Origin: Octopus vulgaris
Lineage: Eukaryota
Length of the DNA stretch: 64,000 bases
Direction: 5' to 3'
Assembly (NCBI GenBank): GCA_951406725.2
Contig: OX597824.1
Coordinates: 87,358,001 to 87,422,000 of the forward strand
Made by a program: the position numbers and the translations under genes. The notes under the pieces were generated by a model. The model searched no databases and was not told the origin of the DNA. It worked only from the letters and a program-made list of their open reading frames with translations. Positions within the stretch are counted from its first letter, which is position 1. Each line of letters begins with the position of its first letter. Positions 1-11,337 of the stretch are shown piece by piece.

Positions 1-407
1 ATAATAATCCTTTCTACTAAAAGTACAAGGCCTGAAATCTTGGGGGAGGTGATAAGTCAATGACATTGACCCCAGTGCGTAACTGGTACTTAATTTATCA
101 ACCCCAAAAGGATGAAAGGCAAAGTCAACCTCAGCAGAATTTGAACTCAGAACGTAATGGCAGACGAAATACCTATTTTTTTACTACCCACAAGGGGCTA
201 AACACAGAGAGGACAAACAAGGAGAGACAAATGAATTAAGTCGATTATATCGACCCCAGTGCGAAACTGGTACTTAATTTATCAACCCTTGAAAGTATAA
301 AAGGCCAAGTTGACCTCGGCAGAATTTGAACTCAGAACATAAAGACAGACGAAATACTGCTAAGCATTTCACCCTGCATGCTAACATTTCCACCAGTTCC
401 CCGCCTT
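1..407 (-). mobile_element. tRNA-derived SINE family A, dimeric copy (full monomer with Tx1-like tail, then a 5'-truncated monomer)
   Basis: The minus strand has a tRNA-like head with a B-box-like GAGTTCAAATTC and a central GTCRACTTTGCCTTTCATCC...TAAGTACCAG block present twice. The same structure occurs at 22372-22748 and 33570-33970. Confidence 0.8.
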
Positions 408-707
408 GAGGACCTGTGCATCATTATTCTATAAATAAGTTGTAACTTCCACTGCAGTTTCCTTAGTGTTATGTTGTTCACACTGCCAATGCTATAAATA
501 TAGATTTTCTTCGCCCCCTGCACTGCCCCTGTCTTTAAACATTACTGGAGCTTACTCTGTTCTGTCGAGTGATTTTCTATTGGTCTTACATTGATATCAG
601 CAAGTCGTGATCAGTTTTATAGTCATTGATTTCTTTGATTTCGGAGACTTCTGCGCAGTTTCCTTACAGTTATTGATTCCTTGACCTTTTTTCCTTCTAA
701 TAATCGC

Positions 708-950
708 ACCATCGTCATTGGCAGCAGCGGCGTCATCATCATCATCATCATCCTCATCATCGTTGTCATCGTCAATGTTATTGTCTTCATCATTATCATC
801 ATCAGCATCATCATCGTTGTCATCATCATCAACATCATCATTATCATCATCATCACCATCATTGTCACATCATCATCGTCATCATTATCATCATCATCTT
901 CATCATCATTATCATCATCGTCATCATCATCATCATCATCATCATCATCG

Positions 951-982
<32 letters not shown>

Positions 983-1253
983 GTCATCATCATCACATTC
1001 ATCATCACTGTCGTCATCTTCATCATTATCATCATCGGCATCATCAGCGTTGTCATCATCGTCAACATCAACCAAGCCATCGTCATCATCATCACCATCA
1101 TCGTCATCATCATCATTGTCATCGTCATCATCATCATCATCATCATCATCATCGCCATCATTATCAATGTCACTGACTTCATTATCATCGTTGTCATCAT
1201 CATCCTTGCCATTATCATCGTTGTCGTCATCGTCATAATCATCATCATTATCG
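708..1253. repeat. Degenerate (CAT)n microsatellite
   Basis: Directly visible triplet repeat. It produces the spurious poly-D/S/H/M ORFs. Confidence 0.95.
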
Positions 1254-1367
1254 TTTTAATGTCCACTTTTCTATGCTTGTATGCTTTGAAAGGAACGAAT
1301 GGCACTGCTTGTATAACAGTGACACTCGTTTACAACTATGTCAAGACAGGGAGATACACACACACAT

Positions 1368-2081
1368 TCTCTTTTTCTTGTTTCAGTTGTTTGACTGCAA
1401 CCATGCTGGAGCACCACCTTCAAGGCTTTCAGCCAAATGATCGACCCCAGGACTTTTTTTTTTAAGCCTAGTACTTATTCTATCGTTCTCTTTTGCTGAA
1501 CTGCTCAGTTACGGAGACGTAAACACACCAGCACAAGTTGTCAAGTGGTGATGTGGGAAACAAAGACACACACAGACACACACACACACACAGACAGACA
1601 CACATACACACACACAGTCACACACACACGCATATACACATGTATAAATACATATATATATATAAATCAAAATGCAAATCAATATCAAATCAAATCAAAT
1701 TAAATCACAGTCAAATGGAAATTGTAGTTGTGGCTGATGCCAGTGCCGCCTGACTGGCACCCGTGCTGGTGGCACACATTAAGCACCATTCATGCATGGG
1801 TCATTGCCAGTGGCATGTAAAAAGCACAAATCTGATCATGATCAATTCCATCCCACCCCAGCCCCGACTGGCTCCCGTGCCAGCAGCACATAAAAAGCCC
1901 CCACTATATTCTTGGAGTGTCTGGCATTAGGAAGGGAATCCAGCTGTAGAAACATTGTCAGATCAGACTGGAGCCTGGAGCAGCCTTCTGGCTTGCCAGT
2001 CCCCAGTCAAACCGTCCAACCCATGCCAGCATGGAAAGCGGATGTTAAACAATAATGACAATAATATGATGATGATGATGA

Positions 2082-2115
<34 letters not shown>

Positions 2116-2330
2116 TATATATATATATATATATATAGATACATACATACATACATACATACATACATACATACATACATAGAAATATTATGACAGGCTT
2201 CTTTCAGTTTCCGTTTACCAAGTCCACTCACAAGGCTTTGATTGGCCCACTTGTCCAAGGTCCCACACCGTGGGACTGAACCTGCAACCATGAGGTTTGT
2301 AAGCAAGCTACTTACAATGCAGCCACTCAT
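1368..2330 (-). mobile_element. SINE family B copy interrupted by an RTE 3' fragment (about 1730-2085, +) in its internal microsatellite
   Basis: The 3' half (1368-1600) and 5' half (2190-2330) match intact B copies such as 14378-14827. The middle matches family C and ends in (GAT)n. Confidence 0.75.
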
Positions 2331-2435
2331 ACGCCACTCCTGTTCAAAGACAGCTGATAACTCATAGATTTAATCGTATATGAAGAACCATGCTGACTAT
2401 ACTTTCCTTCCACAAAACATAGGTAATATGTGTGT

Positions 2436-3318
2436 GGAGGCACATGACCTAGTGGGTAGAGCAGCGGACTCGCGGTCGGGGGATCGTAGGTTCGAATCTC
2501 AGACCGGGCGATGTGTGTGTTTGTGAGCGAAACACCTAAGCTCCATGTGGCTCTGGCAGAAGGTAATGGCGAACTTCTGCTGACTCTTTCACCACAACTT
2601 TCTCTCACTCTTTCCTCCTGCATCTTGCAGCTCACCTGCGATGGACCAGCGTCCCATCCAGGTGGGGAACCTATATGCCAAGGAAACCGGGAAACCAGCC
2701 CTTAAGAGCCAGACATGACTTGAGAAGGAACAACATGGCCTAGTGGTTAGAGCAGCAGACTCGTGGTTGAGGGATTGTAGGTTCGAATCTCAGACCAGGC
2801 GATGTGTGTGTTTGTGAGCGAAACACCTAAGCTCCATGAGGCTCTGGCAGAAGGTAATGGCGAATCTCTGCTGACTCTTTCGCCATAGCTTTCTCTCACT
2901 CTTTCCTCCTGCATCTTGCAGCTCACCTGCGACGAACCGGCGTCCCGTCCAGGTGGGGAACCTATATGCCAAGGAAACCGGAAAACCGGCCCTTATGAGC
3001 CAGACATGACTTGAGAAGGAACAACATGGCCTAGTGGTTAGAGCAGCAGACTCGTGGTTGAGGGATTGTAGGTTCGAATCTCAGACCAGGCGATGTGTGT
3101 GTTTGTGAGCGAAACACCTAAGCTCCATGTGGCTCCGGCAGAAGGTAATGGCGAATCTCTGCTGACTCTTTCGCCATAGCTTTCTCTCACTCTTTCCTCC
3201 TGCATCTTGCAGCTCACCTGCGACGGACCGGCGTCCCGTCCAGGTGGGGAACCTATATGCCAAGGAAACCGGAAAACCGGCCCTTATGAGCCAGGCATGG
3301 CTCGAGAAGGAACAAACA
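2436..3318 (+). mobile_element. Head-to-tail trimer of tRNA-derived SINE family E (period about 291 bp)
   Basis: A-box-like TGGCCTAGTGG and B-box GGTTCGAATC. Three near-identical units are joined at GAAGGAACAAC|ATGGCCTAG. Confidence 0.9.
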
Positions 3319-3848
3319 AAGGTAAAAAGTGTAGTGACAGAGAGAGAGAAAAAGAAAGAATTTTGATGGCTGAAGCTCAACACGGATGAGATGGAACTCC
3401 ACTGGAGTTACCTGTTCTAGGTATATTAATTAATGATGAAATACTCAATGATATCCCAATGGCCAAATTAGTTATAGTATATAACTAATCTAGTTAATTA
3501 CTGCAACCTCTTTTTATTACATCATCAATATCACAGTAATATTTCTTTTTTTCCATATAAATCTCTTTTGCCAATACAGTCAATAAATTGTCTCTTCCCC
3601 TCTTCCCTATACCCAACCCCCCTCCCTTTATCTCTTTCTCTATATTCTCTCTCCCACCTCTCTCTCTCTCTCTCAAATGCTCTTTTCTTTTTTTTAATAT
3701 CACAATTATTGAAAAATTAATGGAACTTGTTAAGGATTTCTAGATTTTGGTGTTTGATAAAATATTTCCAATGTTTACACTAATATAATGATATAATGAT
3801 AATCATTTTTTTAATTGTTTACACTAATTTATTAAAAATATACTACTG

Positions 3849-3903
<55 letters not shown>

Positions 3904-3964
3904 TTAATCTGAATCTTTGTTACAGTCACTTGCCGAGACACATCATCATTATCATTATCATCAC

Positions 3965-4005
<41 letters not shown>

Positions 4006-4641
4006 GTATTATTATTGTTATTGTTATTATTATTATTATTTATATATTTATTCGTTTTTCTTTTAAGATTTACTGAGCCACTTTATCAATTCTTAATTAC
4101 TCTAATTATTTACATTATATCATCATGATTGTCATCACTGTAATCACCCTTGTTACCATCATCATCACCACCACCACCACCACCACCACCATCACCTCAA
4201 CCACCACCGTCCTCCTCCTTATCCTCCCCCCTTCATCCCCATTATGATATCGTTTTCATTGTTATTGCATTTTCATCGTCGCTGCCATCATCATCACCAT
4301 CACCACTACTACTATCACCACCACCATCACCTTCTCCTCTTCCTCCTTCTCATCCTCATCCTGGTCCTCCTCCTCATCCATATCATTATCATCATCATCA
4401 TCATCATCATCATAATTATTACTATCATCATCATCATCATCATCATCATAGTCATTGCTGCCCCTCCCTAAGTCTTGTCATCATCGTTTCTCGTGTGTTT
4501 TTTCCAGTTTGGCATATGTTGGACACCAGCCATTATTACAGAACATTAAAAAATGACTACACCTTCATTATAAACACTCTCCATCCTAATTAATTATTTC
4601 TTGGCTTTTATGCAGCCACTAGCCACGCTCATTATCATTTC

Positions 4642-4642
4642 T

Positions 4643-4710
<68 letters not shown>

Positions 4711-4742
4711 TAGTAGTAGTAGTAGCAGCAGCAGCAGTGCTG

Positions 4743-4795
<53 letters not shown>

Positions 4796-4805
4796 TGTTG
4801 TTGTT

Positions 4806-4860
<55 letters not shown>
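4642..4860. repeat. (TAG)n/(CAG)n/(TTG)n compound microsatellite
   Basis: Direct reading. Confidence 0.95.
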
Positions 4861-4861
<1 letters not shown>

Positions 4862-6100
4862 TTAGCCCCCATAGTGGTGGAGCTTGAATGTGTGTTGCCT
4901 GGGGCAGCCCTTCACTTTTCTGAGCCCCTCTATCTCCCCCATCATCCCTCACCCCTACCCCCACCCCCACTAGTAGAGGTGGTGGAAACAGAGCCTGTAC
5001 AGGTTTAAGCAGGAGACACACAAACCCAAAAGTGTTGCCCCATAAAGCATTGCCTGGGATAGACCAAACCCCACCATACACACATCACCCCTATCCCTAC
5101 ACACTCCTAGCTAGACTTCTGTAGCAGACCCTAATCAAACGTTCCTAATCAGGCAGAAATATACGATAAAAGGTATCCCAACTAAACACATCTGGTCGGT
5201 TTCCTTTTCCTCTTTGTTTTTGTTTATGTGTACCAAGGAATCCATTATCTAGTTGTGCACTTCTCTTTTTCGAGATGCTAGGATGTAATTTGAGGACGGT
5301 TGTGCGCCTATTTCTAAAAGGTCAAATAACTACGGACACACACTCTCCTCTAAGCAGGCTTGTACCACCCATACTTAACTGACATCTTTTCTTGACTATG
5401 ACCTCTATTTTGAGATTAGCTTTAAAAGTCCATCCAATAAATAAACTCGTTTTCTTTTTTTTAATTAAAATTATCTCAAATAATCAACTGAAAACTCTTA
5501 TATCAGTAAATAAACATCAAATTATTTTAACTTCCCAATCTTATCTATTGAACTGCTAAAAAATTTTCTTTGAAAATATTAGACTCGAGGCATTGCTTAT
5601 CTTCGTTTCTTGGTTCAAATTCATTTATCCGTAAGAACTAGACTCACATGGTTAATATGAATTAGATAATATTCAAAAACTATTCAATTCTCTTGTCTTC
5701 CATGAAATTAAACAACAATCTTGTAATGATTTGATATGCATTTTTATATGAGAATTTCTTTTTATTTATAAAAATTATTTTTTTATTTTAGCCAATGCTG
5801 AGAAAATGTATCTTCAGAAAATACAACTGATGTTTAGCTGTTTATATGCAAACTCTTTTTGATGGTGATACTAAATTATTTTAATCGTCTTCTTTTGCTC
5901 GGAGCAATTTCATCTGATAGAAATCAAACAATTTAAATATCTAATGCTGCTGTAATTTGGATTCCATCTTTAGCTGTGTGGTTAAGAAGCTTGCTTTTGC
6001 AACTAAATGGTTTTGGTTTCAATTCCACTGCATGGCTCCTTGGGCAATTGTTGTTTGTTATAGCTCCAGGTTACCCAATGCCCTATGAGTGAATTTGTTA

Positions 6101-6401
6101 TTAGGGTGGGTGCATAATTATTGTGACATTTTTTCAACAAATTTTATTCAATGAACGGCAGTGCATCAGCATGGCCACAGCTATGAGCTGAGACTACAGA
6201 AAAAAACCAATAACAATATTTAACAAAAACATCTTTAATTGACGATCTGACCGTCTGCTAAGCAAATGGGCAGCAGTAATTGAAGTAGATGGTGAATATG
6301 CTCCAGAATAATCATTTAAAGATGTTTTTGTTACATGTTGTTATTGTTTTTGTTGAATAAAATTTGTTGAAAAAAAGCCGCAATAATTATACACCAGCCA
6401 A
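6101..6401 (+). mobile_element. Internally deleted mariner element (MITE-like) inserted into a decayed B SINE
   Basis: About 50-bp imperfect TIRs (TTAGGGTGGGTGCATAATTATTG... / ...CAATAATTATACACCAGCCAA) with TA flanks at 6099-6100 and 6402-6403. The interior translates to DRLLSKWAAVIEVDGEYAPE*, a mariner transposase C-terminus. Confidence 0.85.
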
Positions 6402-6439
6402 TAGATAAAAACTGTGTGAAAGCACATCATGTTTATATC

Positions 6440-6720
6440 AACATCATCATCATCATCATGGTTTAACGTCCACTTCCCATACTGGCATGGGTTGGATGGT
6501 TTTACTGAGGTCTGGAGTGCCAGTGGCTGCACCAGGCTCCAATCTGATCGGGCAATGTTTCTACAGCTGGGGATGCCCTTCCTAATGCTAACCACCCCAC
6601 AGGAGTTAATCAGGCAGGCCTGGCATAGACTACATTTGGATGATGCTTTTTACGTGCTACCAGCACGGGAGCCAGTCCGGGGGCACTGGCCACCGCTACC
6701 ATATTGGTTTTACTTGACTG
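6440..6720 (-). mobile_element. RTE LINE 3' fragment (family C)
   Basis: Starts (CAT)n-GTTTAACGTCC...GGATGCCCTTCCTAA and matches the 3' UTR of the copy at 62166-62852. Confidence 0.8.
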
Positions 6721-6752
6721 ACCACAGCTACAATATATATATATCTTTCTTT

Positions 6753-7186
6753 TTTTCAGGACATTTATAAGGAAAGAGATATAGTTACAGCTATATATAT
6801 ATATATACATGATGATGATGATATATATATATATATATAGCTGTAAGACTATATCTCTTTCCTTATAAATGTCCTGAAAACTGAAGGACGTTTATAAGGA
6901 AAGAGATAGTCTTACAGCTATATATATATATATATATATATGATGATGATAATGATGATGATGATGATATATGTAGCTGTAAGACTATATCTCCTTATAT
7001 ATGTCCTTGAAAACTCCTCACAGCCTTGGCTTTGTTATCTGTTCCTGTCTAATATATATACGCAGGCTAATACATGACCCACATTAAACTCTTCACTCGT
7101 ATCATGATCGAACCAGGAATTTAACTATGGTCTGTCATTAGCACTTGCTTAGCATTACCTGCCACTGTTTGGGTCTTCTAGATACC

Positions 7187-7195
<9 letters not shown>
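6753..7195. mobile_element. Rearranged Penelope-like terminal-repeat remnant with four alternating-orientation units of about 45 bp
   Basis: The unit AGCTGTAAGACTATATCTC...GTCCTGAAAAC appears in -,+,-,+ order between (TA)n/(GAT)n. 7117-7195 is the reverse complement of about 30960-31060, next to a hammerhead-like motif. Confidence 0.55.
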
Positions 7196-7219
<24 letters not shown>

Positions 7220-7479
7220 CCAAATATATACGTTTTTATTATTATTTTACAATTTACTTAATCATTGGTATATTATTGTTATTTTATTTTTTATATTTTT
7301 ATTATATTTAATTTTCTAGATGGTGTAATTTAATTGTTTATTTTGAATTGATAAAATGTGGTTTTTTCTAATTTTTATATATATATATTATATTTTATGA
7401 AATTTTATTTAATATTTCTAAATTGAATTTTTCCCTGTAAGTTAGGAATAATATTCCCTCAAATAATTATTATCATCAC

Positions 7480-8090
7480 CATCATCATCATCATCGTTTA
7501 ACGTCCGCTTTCCATGCTAGCATGGGTTGGACGGTTCAACTGGGGTCTGGGGAGCCCGACGGCTGCACCAGGCCAGTCAGATCTGGCAGTGTTTCTACAG
7601 CTGGATGCCCTTCCTAACGCCAACCACTCCGAGAGTGTAGTGGGTGATTTTATGTGCCACCGACACAGGTGCCAGACGAGGCTGGCGAACGGCCACGCTC
7701 GGATGGTGTTTTTATGTGCCACCGACACAGGTGCCAGACGAGGCTGGCAGACAGCCATGATCGGTTGGTGCTTTTTATGTGCCACCGACACAGGTGCCAG
7801 ACGAGGCTGGCAGACGGCCACGCTCGGATGGTGTTTTTATGTGCCACCGACACAGGTGCCAGACGAGGCTGGCAGACGGCCACGCTCGGATGGTGTTTTT
7901 ATGTGCCACCGACACAGGTGCTAGACGAGGCTGGCAGACGGCCACGCTCGGATGGTGTTTTTATGTGCCACCGACACAGGTGCTAGACGAGGCTGGCAGA
8001 CGGCCACGCTCGGACGGTGTTTGTTACGTGCCCACAGCACGGAGGCCAGTCGATGCGGTACTGGCTACGGTCCCGTTCGGATGGTTTTCT
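7480..8090 (-). mobile_element. RTE LINE 3' fragment with an expanded 62-bp VNTR
   Basis: Family C terminus. Six near-identical 62-63-bp units start at 7651, 7713, 7776, 7838, 7900 and 7962, followed by a diverged seventh. Confidence 0.85.
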
Positions 8091-8552
8091 TATATATATA
8101 TATATATATATATACCATTTTTTAGAAAAACATAAATCCTGAGAAGCACATTCTAAGAAGTAGGACAGCCTATATTAATTACCGGTTTATAGGGTTACCC
8201 TGGGTTTCTCGCCATAAAGGATACCTTTTTGGCATATCTTCTGACCCTAAGACCTGATGGCCTATGGCCTGTTTAAAATATGGAGGGGGAAATGATGCAG
8301 ATATGAACAATGGGGATTATCTCCCTTTGGTGTTGGTCATCAGTTTCTAACTGTGTTGTCCTCCTTCAGTCACACCACCTGTTGGCTATGAGGGATGGTT
8401 AGCTTTTTTAGGAAGGGCATCCAGCTATAAAATCCCTTCCAAAACAGACACAGAAATCAGGTGCAGGCTTCTGTCTGATCAGCTCCTTGTCAAACTATCC
8501 AACCCATGCCAGCATGGAAAGAAGATGTTAAGTGATGATGATGATGATGATG

Positions 8553-8600
<48 letters not shown>

Positions 8601-8626
8601 TATGCATGTATGTTTGTATGTATGTA

Positions 8627-8697
<71 letters not shown>

Positions 8698-8699
8698 GC

Positions 8700-8947
8700 A
8701 GTTTCCTTCTGAAGTCATGCTGACTCATAAGGGCCAATTTCCTGGTTTCCAGGCCGTATGTATTCCCCCCACTTGTATGGGACGCCGGTCTGTCACAGGA
8801 ATGACACATTTTTGCCAGCTGTGGACTGGAGCAATGTAAAATGAAGTTTTTTGCTCAAGAACACAATGTGTCGCCTGGTCCAAGGATTGAAACCACAACC
8901 TTGCAGTCATGAGTCCAACACCCTAACCACTAAGCCATGCACCTCCA
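8700..8947 (-). mobile_element. tRNA-derived SINE related to family E
   Basis: Head GGAGGTGCATGGCTTAGTGGTTAG. The 3' part GACCGGCGTCCC...GGCCCTTATGAG...GAAGGAA is shared with 2436-3318. Confidence 0.7.
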
Positions 8948-9138
8948 CATGTATGTATGTCATTATTCAGTTTATTTCAAGATTTCTTGCCAATAGAGAA
9001 AGAACTGGTTTCTAACCTAGATCCAAGGCACCTTTATTGGAATTTCAACATCAACAACAGGGTATTTTTGTTTATTTGTATGTATGTATGTAAACTTACT
9101 TGGAAATGGATGCATCGTATTCAATTAAATAATAAATA

Positions 9139-9183
<45 letters not shown>

Positions 9184-9227
9184 CAATAATAAATCTCTGA
9201 ACGAGGTATAAACAGTAACTGCACGAC

Positions 9228-9520
9228 AATGTGAGGTATACTTGCCATCTCAATATGGCTAACCACTAAGGGTGGGTGTTACTGTAGCTTGTAGCCCCAG
9301 GAGAACATCGTCTCCAGCTGGCTTTAGGCACACTTTCTGTGCCCTTATGGTATTTGCAAAGGGAGGATGACCTCCCTTTGCAATCCCTTTGCAAATACCA
9401 TAAGGGCACAGAAAGTGTGCCTAAAGCCAGCTGGAGACGATGATCTCCTGGGGCTACAAGCTACAGTAACACCCACCCTTAGTGGTTAGCCATATTGAGA
9501 TGGCTAGTATACCTTACATT
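9228..9520. repeat. Near-perfect fold-back inverted repeat (137-bp arms, 19-bp spacer)
   Basis: 9228-9364 is the reverse complement of 9384-9520 with 3 mismatches by eye. It lies between (TA)n tracts. Confidence 0.95.
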
Positions 9521-10193
9521 ATATATATATATATATATACATACACATGCATATATGGGTACAGGGTGTCATCAATGGTGCAAATAACATTAAATATGTA
9601 AACAACAAGAAAAACTGGAGAACAGGATAGGTAAACACAGAGAAAGCATCCTTCATCAGTTGTCGGCTGTCTATCTACTCCTCATTTTGAACATCCAATG
9701 ACAATATAAGTCTTCAAAGACAGCTGCTCTCATAAATTCTAAAATAAAATTTAGGATTTATGGAGGGTCAAAGCTGAGAACAAAAAAACCACAGTGGAGA
9801 CATAGGAGGAAACCGAACGAAAACAAACCTGGAGGGTCGTTAGACTAGAATGAGAGGAAAATAGTGAACGCTGTGAGAAACGTTCATTTTGAAAAGAGAA
9901 AAGATAAAAGAGAGAGAGAGAAAAACATGTCCAGTCTTTTAAATGTCTTTGCAGGAAAAGAAAGACAGTCACATGAGGAAAAGAAAGATGGACGATGGTC
10001 ACATGTGAGCAACAAGAGAGAGAGAGAAAGAGACACACAACTTTTTGTTCACCACTTTCTCTCACAAAGCATTGATCAATTTGGGACTATAACAGAAGGC
10101 ACTTGCTCAAAGGGCCGTACAATAGGATTGAACCCAAAACTATGTGATTGCAAAGCATGCTTCTTAATCACATAGCCATGCCTGAAAAAACAT

Positions 10194-11337
10194 TTAACCC
10201 TTTCCTTACTGAATTTCTGTTGAGATGCTCTGTGTTTCTTTGAATTACTTTAAATATAACAAAGAATTTTGTAAAATAACTTAGTTATCATTCAGCTACT
10301 GTTGGGAACATAAACTGTGACTAAGGTTTGGTGGAAGATTTTAATTCAAAACTTATGAAAACAAGACATTTGTACTACAGAACCAGAGCCGGTTTCAGCC
10401 ATTTGAGATGCTCTGTGTTTCTTTGAATTACTTTAAATATAACAAAGAATTTAGTAAAATAACATAGTTATCATTCAGCTAGTGTTAGGAACATAAATTG
10501 TGATTAAGGTTTGGTGGAAGATTTTAATTCAAAACTTATGAAAGCAAGACATTTGTACTACAAAGCCAGAGCCAGTTTCAGCCATTTGAGATGCTCTGTG
10601 TTTCTTTGAATTACTTTAAATATAACAAAGAATTTTGTAAAATAACTTAGTAATCATTCAGCTAGTGTTAGGAACATAAATTGTGACTAAGGTTTAGTGG
10701 AAGATTTTAATTCAAAACTTATGAAAGCAAGACATTTGTACTACAAAGCCAGAGCCAGTTTCAGCCATTTGAGATGCTCTGTGTTTCTTTGAATTACTTT
10801 AAATATAACAAAGAATTTTGTAAAATAACTTAGTTATCATTAAGCTAATGTCAGGAACATAAATTGTGACTAAGGTTTGGTGGAAGATTTTAATTCAAAA
10901 CTTATGAAAACAAGACATTTGTACTACAGAACCAGAGCCGGTTTCAGCCATTTGAGATGCTCTGTGTTTCTTTCAATTACTTTAAATATAACAAAGAATT
11001 TAGTAAAATAACTTAGTAATCATTCAGCTAGTGTTAGGAACATAAATTGTGACTAAGGTTTAGTGGAAGATTTTAATTCAAAACTTATGAAAACAAGACA
11101 TTTGTACTACAGAACCAGAGCCAGTTTCAGCCATTTGAGATGCTCTGTGTTTCTTTGAATTACTTTAAATATAACAAAGAATTTAGTAAAATAACTTAGT
11201 AATCATTCAGCTAGTGTTAGGAACATAAATTGTGACTAAGGTTTGGTGGAAGATTTTAATTCAAAACTTATGAAAACAAGACATTTGTACAACAGAGCCA
11301 GAAGCAATTTCAGTTGGGTTGGTATCAAAAGGGTTAA
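10194..11337 (-). mobile_element. piggyBac-like MITE (family D) containing six tandem 183-bp units
   Basis: TTAA-CCC at the left end and GGG-TTAA at the right. The marker TTGAGATGCTCTG recurs at 10220, 10403, 10586, 10769, 10952 and 11135. Monomeric copies lie at 34380 and 34685. Confidence 0.9.

Noticed and set aside
623-1305. Long low-complexity ORFs (poly-D/S/H/M/T/V, YI and CV repeats) here and throughout the ORF track
   Set aside because: They are stop-free translations of microsatellites in several frames on both strands, with no domain or splice evidence.
2436-2512. tRNA genes at SINE heads (also 13963, 27760, 33570)
   Set aside because: A/B boxes are present, but they run into SINE bodies and lack a proper acceptor stem.
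7648-8024. CRISPR-like regular array
   Set aside because: The units are identical along their whole length with no unique spacers, lie inside a LINE UTR, and have no cas genes in a eukaryotic context.
9418-9512. Twister-ribozyme-like elements in the palindrome arm (UAA, AGCCA/UGGCU, CUACAAGC, AGUA)
   Set aside because: P1 and P4 do not pair properly and the catalytic G before AGUA is absent. A family consensus would be needed to revive the idea.
9560-9790. Hammerhead candidate (CTGATGAAGG on the minus strand near 9650)
   Set aside because: No correctly placed GAAA or stems follow. It is possibly a decayed element but cannot be supported.
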